Under the pieces are notes generated by a model. That model did no database searches. It was not told the origin of the DNA and saw only the letters and a list, made by a program, of their open reading frames with translations. Positions 31,363 to 41,838 of a DNA stretch of 64,000 nt are shown piece after piece. A program made the translations under genes and the position numbers. The stretch spans positions 160,001 to 224,000 of the forward strand of contig CAVUZH010000015.1 of the NCBI GenBank assembly GCA_963745835.1. Direction: 5' to 3'. The first letter of the stretch is position 1; each line of letters begins with the position of its first letter. The DNA is from an uncultured delta proteobacterium. Its GTDB lineage: Bacteria > Desulfobacterota > Binatia > UBA9968.

Positions 31363-32270
31363 CAAAAGTATCCTTCCTGCTTCTTGCGCTCCATGGAGCC
31401 CGCGCCATCATGATCAATGATCCGCCCCTGTCGCTCGGAAGTCGTTGCCGCCAATGTTTCCGCTACGATCTCGTCCAATGTGGTTGCCGTGCTGTCGATT
31501 GCGGCGGTCAGCGGATAACAGCCCAATGTGCGAAACCGAACCATGCGAATTTCCGGTGTTTCGCCGGGATCTAGAGGCAAGCGATTATCATCGACCATAA
31601 TCCATTGATTATTGCGCCTAACCACCGGACGCTTGGCGGCAAAGTAAAGCGGCACTATGGGAATATTCTCTTGGCGGATGTAGGCCCAGATGTCGGCTTC
31701 GGTCCAGTTGGAAAGCGGAAAGACGCGAATGCTTTCGCCGGCGTTGATTCGAGTGTTGTAAAGGTTCCAGAGTTCGGGCCGTTGGGCTTTGGGTTCCCAT
31801 CGGTGGCCGACTGCCCGGAACGAAAAGATGCGCTCCTTGGCGCGTGATTTCTCCTCGTCCCGCCGAGCGCCACCGAAAGCTACATCGAACCTGTGTAAGT
31901 CGAGCGCCTGTTTCAGCGCTTCAGTTTTCATGACATCCGTGTGATATGCTGAGCCGTGGGTGATTGGGCTAATACCCTCGGCGGCGCCGCGCGGATTCGT
32001 AAACGTGATTAGTTGGAAGCCAACCTCAGCGGCAGTCCGGTCCCGAAACGCTATCATCTCCCGAAACTTCCATCCGGTATCGATATGCATCAGCGGGAAT
32101 GGAATTGGACCGGGGTAAAACGCTTTTCTTGCCAGATGCAGCATCACTGAGGAGTCTTTGCCAATCGAGTAAAGCATCACCGGGTTATGGGCAGTAGCCG
32201 CCACCTCACGGATTATTTCGATCGACTCAGACTCGAGTTCTGACGAAATAGCCTCGCTCATATCATTCAA
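31362..32270 (-). CDS. cysD: Sulfate adenylyltransferase subunit 2
   Basis: [29 protein letters not shown] and terminal KQEGYF motifs. Confidence 0.97.
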   Translation of the reverse strand: MNDMSEAISSELESESIEIIREVAATAHNPVMLYSIGKDSSVMLHLARKAFYPGPIPFPLMHIDTGWKFREMIAFRDRTAAEVGFQLITFTNPRGAAEGISPITHGSAYHTDVMKTEALKQALDLHRFDVAFGGARRDEEKSRAKERIFSFRAVGHRWEPKAQRPELWNLYNTRINAGESIRVFPLSNWTEADIWAYIRQENIPIVPLYFAAKRPVVRRNNQWIMVDDNRLPLDPGETPEIRMVRFRTLGCYPLTAAIDSTATTLDEIVAETLAATTSERQGRIIDHDGAGSMERKKQEGYF

Positions 32271-32411
32271 CCCGTACTCCGATCTTAAGTTACTAGTCTG
32301 ACCAAAGAGTTGCGCGGATAACCCGACTTAGTGAATCAACGATTTAGTTACTTCGGACCACCCCGCCTAATACCCTGAAGTTATTTTTGTAGCAACCGCT
32401 TTAACTGACAT

Positions 32412-33598
32412 TCACCGCATTTCACGTTCAGCTTGGCTACCGTGACCGCACGTTTCGATTGGCAAGCCGACCAAGGAACGATAGAGGGTTTCTGTAGCGA
32501 GGCTCATTTTCGCCACGGAGAACTTATCTTCAACCAAGCGTCTACCGGCTAAGCCCATGGCCCTGGCGAGCATAGGATTATTCAATAGGCGAAGAGTGCA
32601 GTCAGCAAACTTTTCTGCGTCTCGACCGGCAACCAAGTAGCCGGTTTCACCATCGATGACTACTTCGCGACACGCGCCGACGTCCGTTGTGACTACGGGT
32701 TTACCGCAAGCCATAGCCTCAAGTAGAACGTTTGGAAGTCCCTCCCATTCCGACGTGAGCCAGAAAACATCCGCGGATGCCAAGAGTTCGGGGATGTCAT
32801 TGCGCTCTCCGAGGAAGGAGATTTTTCCATCCAAGCCGTTTTCCGACGCGCACCGTGCGAGAGCCGTGCGGCAAGGCCCGTCCCCAACAATAACAAAGCT
32901 AACCTCCGCCGCTTGACGCTGAAGCAAAGCTGCCGCTTCCAAAAACAGGGGCAGATTGTTTTGGGAAACCAAACGACCGATCGTGATCACTGTGGGTTTC
33001 TTGTTTCCGGAGCTTTCAGGCGTCTTGAGCGCGCGGCAGCGGTCTCGAAGCGTGCCAAGTCAAGGCCGTTATAGATGACAACGCTTCTATCACGAGGCGC
33101 ATGATACTGCTTCACGACATAAGATCGTACCGTATCGCCATTACATGCGATAGCATCGCTCATGAGAAAGGCTACGCTATTTACCCAGCCGCGCAGAAAA
33201 CCAATCTCCTTGCAGTTGCGCGCCGAGCTTACTAGGCAGGGCACCCTGGCTAACACCCGGGCCGGCCATGCATAACCATTGGCAACAAAGAGAAACGAGT
33301 GAAGAATGTCAATGCGATCCTTGCGTAGAAGTAATGCGAGTTTAACAATCCTGCTCACGTCAAAATGACCTTGACGCTTGACTACACGGATGGTCGCCCC
33401 GAGTTCTCTGATCATGTCCGCATAGGGCACGTTCCTTTCGGAAAGGGAGTAAATGAGGCATTCGTAGCGATGGGGGTCAATTCGCCGCACGAGCTCGCAA
33501 ATCTGCCGTTGCGCCCCACCGTGACACAGATGACTAATGACGAATGCGGCCCGTATTCGTTCGCTCTTCCGAACGCTAGCCATTGATATCAGGCGCAC
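32412..33598 (-). CDS. GT4 (GT-B) glycosyltransferase split by one frameshift near 33005
   Basis: GGAQRQ, VIYNGLD / ITIGRL..EGLPNVLLEAMACGKPVV; the break falls in an A-run. Confidence 0.85.
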
Positions 33599-33690
33599 AT
33601 CCTGCCTCTAGCACATAGAGTTCCATCGGCCGGTCGGAGCTAAGTAACTAAACAGACGAAGAAAAACATCTCACATAGACGATTCCAAAC

Positions 33691-33707
33691 AGCAGTCGAT
33701 GTGCCGA
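33691..33707 (-). promoter_or_regulatory. Candidate sigma54 promoter for the glycosyltransferase-cysD-cysNC unit
   Basis: TCGGCAC-ATCGA-CTGC (GG-N10-GC), about 95 bp upstream of the glycosyltransferase start. Confidence 0.45.
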
Positions 33708-33899
33708 TCAGAATAGTCGCTGCAGGCTGATCAACAACGGCAGAAGCAACCCGACAGCACGTCGTCGCGACGTTCCTGGGTTGAGGAGTGGCGCGATGCA
33801 TGGGTTACGTTCGCCTACATAGGACTAAAATGGAGGGTATCCCTCCACTGGACGTCAGGGTTGAGGAACATTTGGCCACGTAGACGAACCCAGCGGTAA

Positions 33900-34690
33900 T
33901 GCAAGGACAAACTAGGGCTGAGAACGAAGGCGGGCATTGAGCTCACGGAACCCCGGAGAAACCCTGCTCGAGGCTGCGAACGATATTCTAGATCGATTCG
34001 AGACTTTACGGACCCGATTTCATCGAAACGTCGCAGTCCCCGAGCAGACTTTGAACGTAGGTGGAACCTACAACCCATCAGCCAAACATCTGCCATCCGC
34101 GATAGCAATTTTTAAGATGAAGTATCCTGACACTAAAATCACTTTTCTGACATGCCCTAAAGCGGAGATCGAAAAACTTTTGGAGGCTCGCAAAGTCGAC
34201 ATCGCAATCATCCAGACTCCTTTTAAGTCCGCGCATCTGGTCATGGAACCGTTTGCGGTAGACAGCCTTACTCTCTTCTCGCACCCACGCCATCCGCTGG
34301 CCAATAAGAAGAAACTCGATCTCTCGGATCTTAACCACAGTGCGGTAGTGATTAGGGCCGGCAAAGGAACAACCGAAAGGTTTGTAGAAAAGCTCAAAGC
34401 ACGAGGCATTATACTCAACGTAAGCTTACGTTGCGTCTCGCCCGAGGCGGTAAAGGCAGCGGTGCGCAGAGAAATGGGTATCGGGATCTTATTTCACAAT
34501 CTGGTCGAAGACGAACTCAAGAGAAAAGAGTTCAAAATCCTAAAGTTTAGAAGCGCGATTGCTCCGGTCGGTAACAGCTTCATCGTTTTCAAAAAAAGTC
34601 AGCGCTTTCATCTGCCGCGAGTGAGTTTCTTGAGATATTGCGGTCGCTGAAAGATCTACCAGCTGAGCCGCGAACATCACCTAAGCGAGC
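33900..34690 (+). pseudogene. LysR-family regulator remnant lacking the HTH N-terminus
   Basis: GIELTEP/GETLL; substrate-binding domain (KVDIAI, HPLA, EAVKAAVRREMGIGIL); frameshifts at both ends. Confidence 0.75.
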
Positions 34691-34756
34691 AAGCGGCGAC
34701 AGCGACCTGCGTCGTTCTCCCACCACCGGCCGGCAATTAGCTCAATAGAGATCGGC

Positions 34757-34870
34757 GTTACTTCGCAATTATCAACGAATCCCGCAACTAAAAGCACAAT
34801 GCTGATGACCGCCGAGCGATAGATTTTCTTCTCCGCGCAAATGGCGCGATCTGGCTGTATACGAATAAGT
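34757..34870 (-). pseudogene. Remnant of an EamA 3' end homologous to 25770-25880
   Basis: Exact GCAACTAAAAGCAC at 34784-34797 and 25798-25811, with colinear CCGCGCAA and CGAATAA matches. Confidence 0.6.
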
Positions 34871-35066
34871 GCTCTAACGCGATCGACCAGAGCTCTCTGC
34901 TCACACTAAATTGAAGCTTTCATGTTGTTGGCGCAGGTTTTAGCACGAGTACTAGTAGAGTAGGACCAGATTGACTTTGTCAGGAATAAGATAACCCAAC
35001 ACAGGCTCAGTTGTATTCAGCTCTAGCGCGGTATATCTTTTTCGGATTGTCGTTCTTTGCCAATCC

Positions 35067-35624
35067 ATGAAAAAACTTCTGAGCTTACTAGTCATCAGCG
35101 GCGCCGTTCTAGGCGCGCTGTTTTTTCTCACCAGTCTTCCCGGCAACGGCGTTGGCGGTTCGCCGGCTCCGACCGTCAATTTGCGACCCGCGAGCAGCGT
35201 TCAACAAGGGGTTGTCGTGTCCATCGAATACACCCTGACGGACGAGGCCGGGAAGGTGATCGAAAGCAATGTCGGCAAGGAGCCGTTGACCTATATTCAC
35301 GGCGCCGGGCAAATCGTTAGCGGGTTGGAAAAGGAACTCGCCGGCATGAAAGCCGGGGAGCGCAAGAAAATTCAAGTGAAACCTGAAGAAGGTTATGGTC
35401 TCCCCGATCCCAAGGCCGTGCAAGAAATTCTCAAAGACAAGATCCCTGCGGAAGCGCAGCAAGTCGGCGCCACCTTGATGACCAAAGCCGCGGATGGACG
35501 GGCCTTGCCGATGCGCATTCAGGAAATAAGGGAAAAGACCGTAGTTGTCGACTTCAATCACCCACTGGCCGGAAAAACTCTCAACTTCGACGTCAAAGTC
35601 ACCGATGTCAAAATGCCCCAATAG
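35067..35624 (+). CDS. FKBP-type PPIase, SlyD-like, with N-terminal signal/anchor
   Basis: VSIEYTL..PLTYIHG..GLEKEL..PEEGYG..VDFNHPLAGKTLNFDV; hydrophobic N-terminus. Confidence 0.93.
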   Translation: MKKLLSLLVISGAVLGALFFLTSLPGNGVGGSPAPTVNLRPASSVQQGVVVSIEYTLTDEAGKVIESNVGKEPLTYIHGAGQIVSGLEKELAGMKAGERKKIQVKPEEGYGLPDPKAVQEILKDKIPAEAQQVGATLMTKAADGRALPMRIQEIREKTVVVDFNHPLAGKTLNFDVKVTDVKMPQ

Positions 35625-35659
35625 GGGCTTGGGCATCCTCCACTTTGCCGCCATACCTG

Positions 35660-36926
35660 ATGCGCACAAGATTTTTTTACGGCTACGTCATTCTCGCCTT
35701 GTGTTTCATCAATATGGTGGTGATGCGCGGCGTCAACGGTTCGTTCGGCGTCTACTATATCTCCTTACTTGAAGAATTCGGCTGGTCGCATAGCGACGGC
35801 GCTAGTATCGCCTCGGTCAATTTCTTGGTGTATGCGCTGGCAGCGCCGCTGGTCGGATTGGCGTTTGATCGTTTTGGACCTCGCGTTCTGATGCCGCTCG
35901 GCGGCGCGCTCGTCGGCATCGGCCTTTTGCTCTCGAGCTTTGGCGCCACCTTATGGCACTTCTACTTCTCCTATGGCTTAATCGCCGCGCTCGGTCAGGG
36001 AGCGCTCGGCTTTGTCGGCCACAATGCATTGATCTCTTTTTGGTTTGTGCGCCGGCGCGCCACCGCCATCGGCATCGCCAGCATGGGCCAAGGCGTGGGC
36101 GCGCTCATCATGGTCCCGTTAACCCAGTTCTTGATTTCACGGATTGGCTGGCGCTCCACTTTCCTGGTCACGGCAAGCTTGATTTTGCTCGCGGTAATGC
36201 CTGCCCAACGCATTGCTACAAAGGCGAAGCCCGCAGGATATCGGCCAACTGCCCGACGGCGACACAGCCGCCCCCGTGGAAAGTCACGGCGCCCATGGCA
36301 AAGCTCGTCCCGGCGCGCGCGACTGGAGGTTACGTGAAGCCGCCGCTTCGTTTCCCTTCTGGTGCATCACGCTAGGACACCTGGCGCTGGGCACCGCGCT
36401 CTTCATGATCAATACTCACATCGTCGCACACTATGTCGTGGTCGGCTATGACAAGCTTATGGCAGCGTTCCTGGCCGGTCTGATCGGCTTTGTACGAATC
36501 GGCGGTACGGTTCTCTGGGGTTTGGTTTCCGACAAGCTGGGACGAGACCGGACGTACGGCATTGCCACCACGGTGGCGATTATCGGCGTCGCCGGTTTGA
36601 TTGCGATGCCGCTGGGCGCGCCGCTTTGGTATGCTTATCTCACTGCGGTTCTTTACAGCATAGGCCACAGCGCCGGCAATCCGACCTACGGCGCTGTGAT
36701 CGCCGACATTTTCTCCGGACACAAGGTAGGGCTGATCTTCGGCTTTTTGGAAATCAGCTTCGGTTTGGGCAGCGCCTTGGGCGCATGGATCGGCGGTTAC
36801 CTATTCGACGCAACCGGCTCGTATGCATGGCCTTTCTCCTTGTGCCTGATCTGTTTCGCAATATCCGGTCTGTCGATCCATTCGTGCATCAAGTGGCAAG
36901 GACGGCAGCTAAGCAGCCCAGGTTGA
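35660..36926 (+). CDS. MFS transporter, apparent frameshift at 36204-36206
   Basis: DRFGPR and SDKLGR motifs; halves join if one C is removed from CCC. Confidence 0.87.
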
Positions 36927-36990
36927 CGCTTTCTCGAGTGCGCTCAGACTTGGCGAACGGCTATTGCGCTTATTACGAAAGGATATCTCC

Positions 36991-37998
36991 ATGGCGATAA
37001 ATTTTTGCTTGCACGGTTCAGCGCGCACCATCAGGGAGGCGGTGACACGAGCAAAGAAAGCGGAAGATCTCGGCTTCGAGGCGATTTTCTTCGCCGACAG
37101 TCATATGAACAATGTCGATTGCTATCAGGTGATGGCGATGTGCGCCGTGGCAACGAAAAAAATCCGTCTAGGAACCGCGGTTACCAATATGGTCTATCGC
37201 GATCCGACTATAACCGCGAATAGTTTCGCAACCTTGAATGAGATCTCCGAAGGGCGCGCGATTATCGGCATGGGCACCGGCGATGGCCCCGTCTACAGCC
37301 TAGGCCGGACTGCCACCCGGCTCGTTGATTTTGAAAACGGGCTTCAAACCATGCGCGATTTGCTGCACGACCGCGGCATAGAAGTTCCCAGGACCCGCGA
37401 GCGCGCTTCGGTCGGTCGGGTCGCGCTGAAAGCCGGCAGGCGACCAGTGCCTATTTACATTTCTGCGGAGGGTCCGAAAACGCTCAGGGTGGCAGGCCGG
37501 GTTTGCGACGGAGTCATTCTTGGCACCGGCTTCGACGCGCAAGTACTCGACTGGGCGCAGGCACGGATTAGCGAAGGCGCCAAGGACGCCGGCCGAGCCC
37601 TACCCGAAATCGACATTATGCCGGCCGGAATGATCGTGGTTGACGACGACGGCAACCTGGCGCGCCAGCGGGTGCGCTCGCGCATGGCCAACCGAGCGCA
37701 CCACAATTTTCGTTTCACGATGGAGACCGTACCCGAAAACGAACGTGCCGGGGTGAAGAGATTCATGGCTGCATTTGATATCTCCAAACCCATCGAAGAG
37801 CGGGTGGATCCCGATTTAATCACCGACTATCTGCTTCAACGTTTCACTATCGCCGGCACCCCTGAAGAGTGCGTCGGGCGCATCAAGTCACTGGAAGCGG
37901 CAGGAACCAAACGATTGCTGCTGACACCGCCCAATGCCATTTACGATCAGGTCATGCAAGCATGGGGCGATCGGGTGATTCCGCGCTGCGTTACTTAA
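36991..37998 (+). CDS. LLM-class flavin/F420-dependent oxidoreductase
   Basis: AEDLGFE..DSH, IRLGTAVTN, GRAIIGMGTGD, GPKTLRVAG and GTPEEC motifs. Confidence 0.9.
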   Translation: MAINFCLHGSARTIREAVTRAKKAEDLGFEAIFFADSHMNNVDCYQVMAMCAVATKKIRLGTAVTNMVYRDPTITANSFATLNEISEGRAIIGMGTGDGPVYSLGRTATRLVDFENGLQTMRDLLHDRGIEVPRTRERASVGRVALKAGRRPVPIYISAEGPKTLRVAGRVCDGVILGTGFDAQVLDWAQARISEGAKDAGRALPEIDIMPAGMIVVDDDGNLARQRVRSRMANRAHHNFRFTMETVPENERAGVKRFMAAFDISKPIEERVDPDLITDYLLQRFTIAGTPEECVGRIKSLEAAGTKRLLLTPPNAIYDQVMQAWGDRVIPRCVT

Positions 37999-38215
37999 GT
38001 GCCCGTTCTGATGCACCGCATGAGCTCGGTCGACGAGTTTCAAACGGGTGGCTTTTTCGATCACATAGCACTTACCTGGCGCACGGCGAACAGGAGTGGA
38101 TCGTTCATTTGACGGATCACGGACCAGAAAACGCCGATTTGTTGAGTTCCGCAGTTCCAATGTATACCCTGACCTGGGCTGCTCGATCGCAGTCGTTCAA
38201 TCAAAAGGAGTATTC

Positions 38216-38812
38216 ATGCGCATGAAATTAGTGGCGCTGGCCGCGGCGCTGGCCATTTTCGGCGTTGCTACGCCGGCAATTCTTCGATCCGCAGAAAAAT
38301 CCAAACAGGAGCAAATAGTGAAGGATGGCTCGGTCGTCAGCCTTCAATATTCGCTATCGGAGGAAGACGGCAAGCCGATTGAATCGAACAAAGGAAAAGA
38401 TCCGCTCAAATATACCCATGGCAGTAAACAAATTGTTCCCGGTCTTGAGAAAGAATTAACCGGCATGAAGGTTGGCGGCGAAAAACGGGTCAAAGTTAAA
38501 CCTGAAGATGCCTATGGCCTCATCGACTCGAAAGCTTTTCAAGAGGTGCCCAAGGAACAGATTCCGGCTAATGGTTTGAAAGTAGGCGCAACCCTGGCCG
38601 CCAAAGGGCCGCATGGGCAAGAGATCCCCGTGCGCGTTCACGAGATTAAAGAAAAAACCGTTGTGCTGGATCTAAACCATCCGATGGCCGGCAAGACGCT
38701 TCTCTTTGATATCAAGATACTCGATATCCAACCGTCAGCGACATCCAGCTCGCCGCAGCCAGCCAAACCGGCGGCACCGGCGAAACCCGCACAAACACCG
38801 CAGCCCAAATAA
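38216..38812 (+). CDS. Second exported SlyD-like FKBP PPIase with Pro/Ala-rich tail
   Basis: AAAGGAG RBS; signal peptide; VSLQYSL..HG..PGLEKEL..PEDAYG..LDLNHPMAGK. Confidence 0.93.
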   Translation: MRMKLVALAAALAIFGVATPAILRSAEKSKQEQIVKDGSVVSLQYSLSEEDGKPIESNKGKDPLKYTHGSKQIVPGLEKELTGMKVGGEKRVKVKPEDAYGLIDSKAFQEVPKEQIPANGLKVGATLAAKGPHGQEIPVRVHEIKEKTVVLDLNHPMAGKTLLFDIKILDIQPSATSSSPQPAKPAAPAKPAQTPQPK

Positions 38813-39033
38813 CTTGTTGCGCACCGAGTGTAGGTAATGAAGATTTGCCGACCGGCTTGGTGATCGCTTCGCTGAAACGAATCCCACTATCTACGAGCGT
38901 GTGTCGGGAGTTTGCTCTTCAGCTTACGGCTGTAAGTTCCTGCGGCCGATCAGTGGGACTTTTAGGTCGAGAGTTTAAACGCGATCTTGACGGGAACCCG
39001 CTTATCCATCAGCTGCATATTGGTTGTCCTTTT

Positions 39034-39333
39034 TTACGCGGCATCGACAGATTGCTGCGAGTAGTTTTCCGCCCGTAATTGATCCAAACCATGGCGCAGA
39101 TTCTCCAAGTGACTCTCGGTGGATCCGCGCAATTCCATGACAGCGTCGAGAATTTTGCTCAGGTTCTTCTCGTTTGCTTCCTCGCGCACTCGTGCCAATT
39201 CGAGCTCTTTCTCTAATGTGGCAATCCGATTATTCATGGTTTCGAAGCGCTCACGGCAGATAAGGTACAATGACACGATTGCCAGCGCTGTGCCTAAAGT
39301 GAAAAGTGTCGCCCATAGAGTCCATTCCGCCAT
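39034..39333 (-). CDS. Hypothetical membrane-anchored coiled-coil protein
   Basis: GAAGG RBS; N-terminal TM then heptad-rich region; immediately downstream of ilvD. Confidence 0.6.
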   Translation of the reverse strand: MAEWTLWATLFTLGTALAIVSLYLICRERFETMNNRIATLEKELELARVREEANEKNLSKILDAVMELRGSTESHLENLRHGLDQLRAENYSQQSVDAA

Positions 39334-39361
39334 AATACCTTCTTCCCGTCGCCTGCTCTTT

Positions 39362-41035
39362 TTAGAGCGTAACAGCTCCTTGGGACGCGGAGGAAACGAG
39401 CTTGGCGTATTTTGCCATAACGCCACTAGTGTATCGCGGCGCCGGCGGCTTCCATTGCCGTAAACGCGCGTTCATTTCTTCCTCTGAAATGTGCACATCG
39501 AGACGCCGCGCCGCGATGTCGAAAACAATCGTGTCGCCGTCGCGTAGCGCGGCAATCGGACCACCCTGGGCAGCTTCGGGAGCAACGTGCCCGGCCATCA
39601 GCCCATGAGTAGCCCCGGAGAAACGGCCATCGGTGAGGAGGGCTACCGTATCGCCCAATCCGGCGCCGACCAGCGCTGCTGTGACGCCGAGCATCTCGCG
39701 CATTCCAGGACCGCCCTTGGGCCCTTCGTAGCGAATAACAATCACATCCTCCGCTTTGATCTGTCCCTTTTGCACTGCAGCAAAAGCATCCTCCTCGCGA
39801 TCGAACACGCGAGCCGGGCCTTTATGAATCAGTCTCTCATGGCCGGCGACTTTCACGACGCAACCTTCGGGGGCTAAATTACCCTTCAAAATAACCAATC
39901 CGCCAGTGGGCTTGAGCGGATTAACCATCGGTCGCACAACTTCTTGTCCGAAAGACTCTTTGACTTCTTGCGCGGCCTCTTTGATGGTTTTACCGGTGAC
40001 TGTGAGTGTGTCCCCGTGGATCAGCCCCGCTTCCATCAGCCGTTTCGCAACCAGCTGGATGCCGCCTGCTTTGTACAGATCGTTGGCGACGAAACGGCCA
40101 CCTGGTTTGAGATCGGCAATCAGCGGCGTGCGCGCACTGATATGGTCGAAATCGTCGATGTTCAGTTCAATACCGGCTTCGCGTGCAATCGCCAGGAGGT
40201 GCAACACCGCATTGGTCGAGCCGCCGGTGGCGGCAACCGAGGCGATCGCATTCTCAATCGATTTGCGGGTGAGAATCTGCGACGGCCGCAGGTCGCGCCG
40301 CAAAAGCTCGACCACCAGCTTACCGGCATTGAATGCCGCTTCATCCTTCTCAGCGGCGATGGCTGGAATGCCGTTGCTGCCCATCGGCGAAATCCCGAGA
40401 AACTCCATCACGGTCGACATGGTGTTGGCGGTAAACTGGCCGCCACACGCTCCTGCGCCGGGACAAGCAGCGTTCTCGACCGATTTGAATTGCTCTTCTT
40501 TGATGCGGCCGCTGCTGTACGCGCCCACTGCCTCGAAGACATCTTGAATCGTCAAATCACGGTCGCCGAAATGGCCCGGCGCAATCGAGCCGCCGTAGAG
40601 AGCCAGGCCGGGAATATTGAGACGAGCCAGCGCCATGACCACGCCGGGATTGGTTTTGTCGCAGCCCGATAGACATACCAGTGCATCGAAATGGTTACCC
40701 CGGGCGACCAGCTCTATCGAATCGGCGATCACTTCCCGGCTGATCAACGAGCATTTCATGCCTTCCGCACCCATGCTGATGCCATCGGAGATGGAGACGG
40801 TGTTGAACTCCATCGGCGTGGCGCCCGCGGCGCGAATCCCTTCCTTCACTTTGGCGGCCAGTCGGCGCAAGTGGAAATTGCACGGGCCGATCTCAATCCA
40901 GGTGTTGGCGACACCGACAATCGGTCGCGCCAGGTCATCATCCGTAAAGCCGACCGCTTTGAGCATAGCGCGCGTCGGCGCCCGGTCCGGTCCATCGGTG
41001 ATAACATAACTACGAGGCTTTAAATTCTCTGCCAT
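39362..41035 (-). CDS. ilvD: Dihydroxy-acid dehydratase
   Basis: [40 protein letters not shown] and TDGRFSG motifs. Confidence 0.96.
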   Translation of the reverse strand: MAENLKPRSYVITDGPDRAPTRAMLKAVGFTDDDLARPIVGVANTWIEIGPCNFHLRRLAAKVKEGIRAAGATPMEFNTVSISDGISMGAEGMKCSLISREVIADSIELVARGNHFDALVCLSGCDKTNPGVVMALARLNIPGLALYGGSIAPGHFGDRDLTIQDVFEAVGAYSSGRIKEEQFKSVENAACPGAGACGGQFTANTMSTVMEFLGISPMGSNGIPAIAAEKDEAAFNAGKLVVELLRRDLRPSQILTRKSIENAIASVAATGGSTNAVLHLLAIAREAGIELNIDDFDHISARTPLIADLKPGGRFVANDLYKAGGIQLVAKRLMEAGLIHGDTLTVTGKTIKEAAQEVKESFGQEVVRPMVNPLKPTGGLVILKGNLAPEGCVVKVAGHERLIHKGPARVFDREEDAFAAVQKGQIKAEDVIVIRYEGPKGGPGMREMLGVTAALVGAGLGDTVALLTDGRFSGATHGLMAGHVAPEAAQGGPIAALRDGDTIVFDIAARRLDVHISEEEMNARLRQWKPPAPRYTSGVMAKYAKLVSSASQGAVTL

Positions 41036-41184
41036 CGATCTCTCCTACTGTGGTGAGTGTTCAAATTAACTATGGCCCGGTCTAATTTGCAAGGCTCGCC
41101 TTGATCGGCCAATGTCTGGCGAAATCGCATCCGCGTCTAACGGGCTCTCTTGTGCGGCTTACCATCAAATCGTAACCTGCTACG

Positions 41185-41796
41185 ATGTTGGTGATGAAAA
41201 AAATCTGGAGCAGCAACTTACGGGCTATCTTTCTCTTGACCGTATGCGCTTCGACCAGCTTGGCCGTGGCGCTGTCGCAAGAGGACGGCAACCGCCTGCA
41301 GACCAAAATCGATGCGATTGTGAAAAATGCCGCCGCCAATCCGCCGAAATCTAGGGAATTTTCGATCGCCGAACAGGAGGCTAACTCGTACCTGGTTTTC
41401 AATCTGAAGGAAAAAATCCCCAAAGGTTTGGCCGAGCCAGAGATCACAATGATTGGCGATGGCGCGCTTGCTGCCCGGGTGCTGGTCGACATGGATGAAG
41501 TCAAGCAGCGCCGCCAGTCGCGCAGCGTGATTGATCCGCTTAACTACTTATCAGGCCAAGTCCCTTTAAATGCCCGGGGTCTCTTGCGGACCCGCGAAGG
41601 GAGAGGGCAATTGTATTTGCGCTCGGCTGACATCGGTGGAGTGCCCTTGCCTAAGCCGCTGTTACAGGAGCTTATCGGTTTTTTCTCGCGTACGCCGCAA
41701 AACCCCAAGGGCTTCGACATCGATGCGCCATTCGATCTTCCGTCAAAGATCCGGGAGATTTCTGTGCGTCCTGGGGAGAGTGTCGTAATTCAGTAG
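41185..41796 (+). CDS. Hypothetical exported protein
   Basis: Signal-like N-terminus and a clean 203-aa ORF; family not recognised with confidence. Confidence 0.65.
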   Translation: MLVMKKIWSSNLRAIFLLTVCASTSLAVALSQEDGNRLQTKIDAIVKNAAANPPKSREFSIAEQEANSYLVFNLKEKIPKGLAEPEITMIGDGALAARVLVDMDEVKQRRQSRSVIDPLNYLSGQVPLNARGLLRTREGRGQLYLRSADIGGVPLPKPLLQELIGFFSRTPQNPKGFDIDAPFDLPSKIREISVRPGESVVIQ

Positions 41797-41838
41797 CGGT
41801 CTAAAAAGTAGAAGTCAGTAATACCGTCTTCAGACGCA

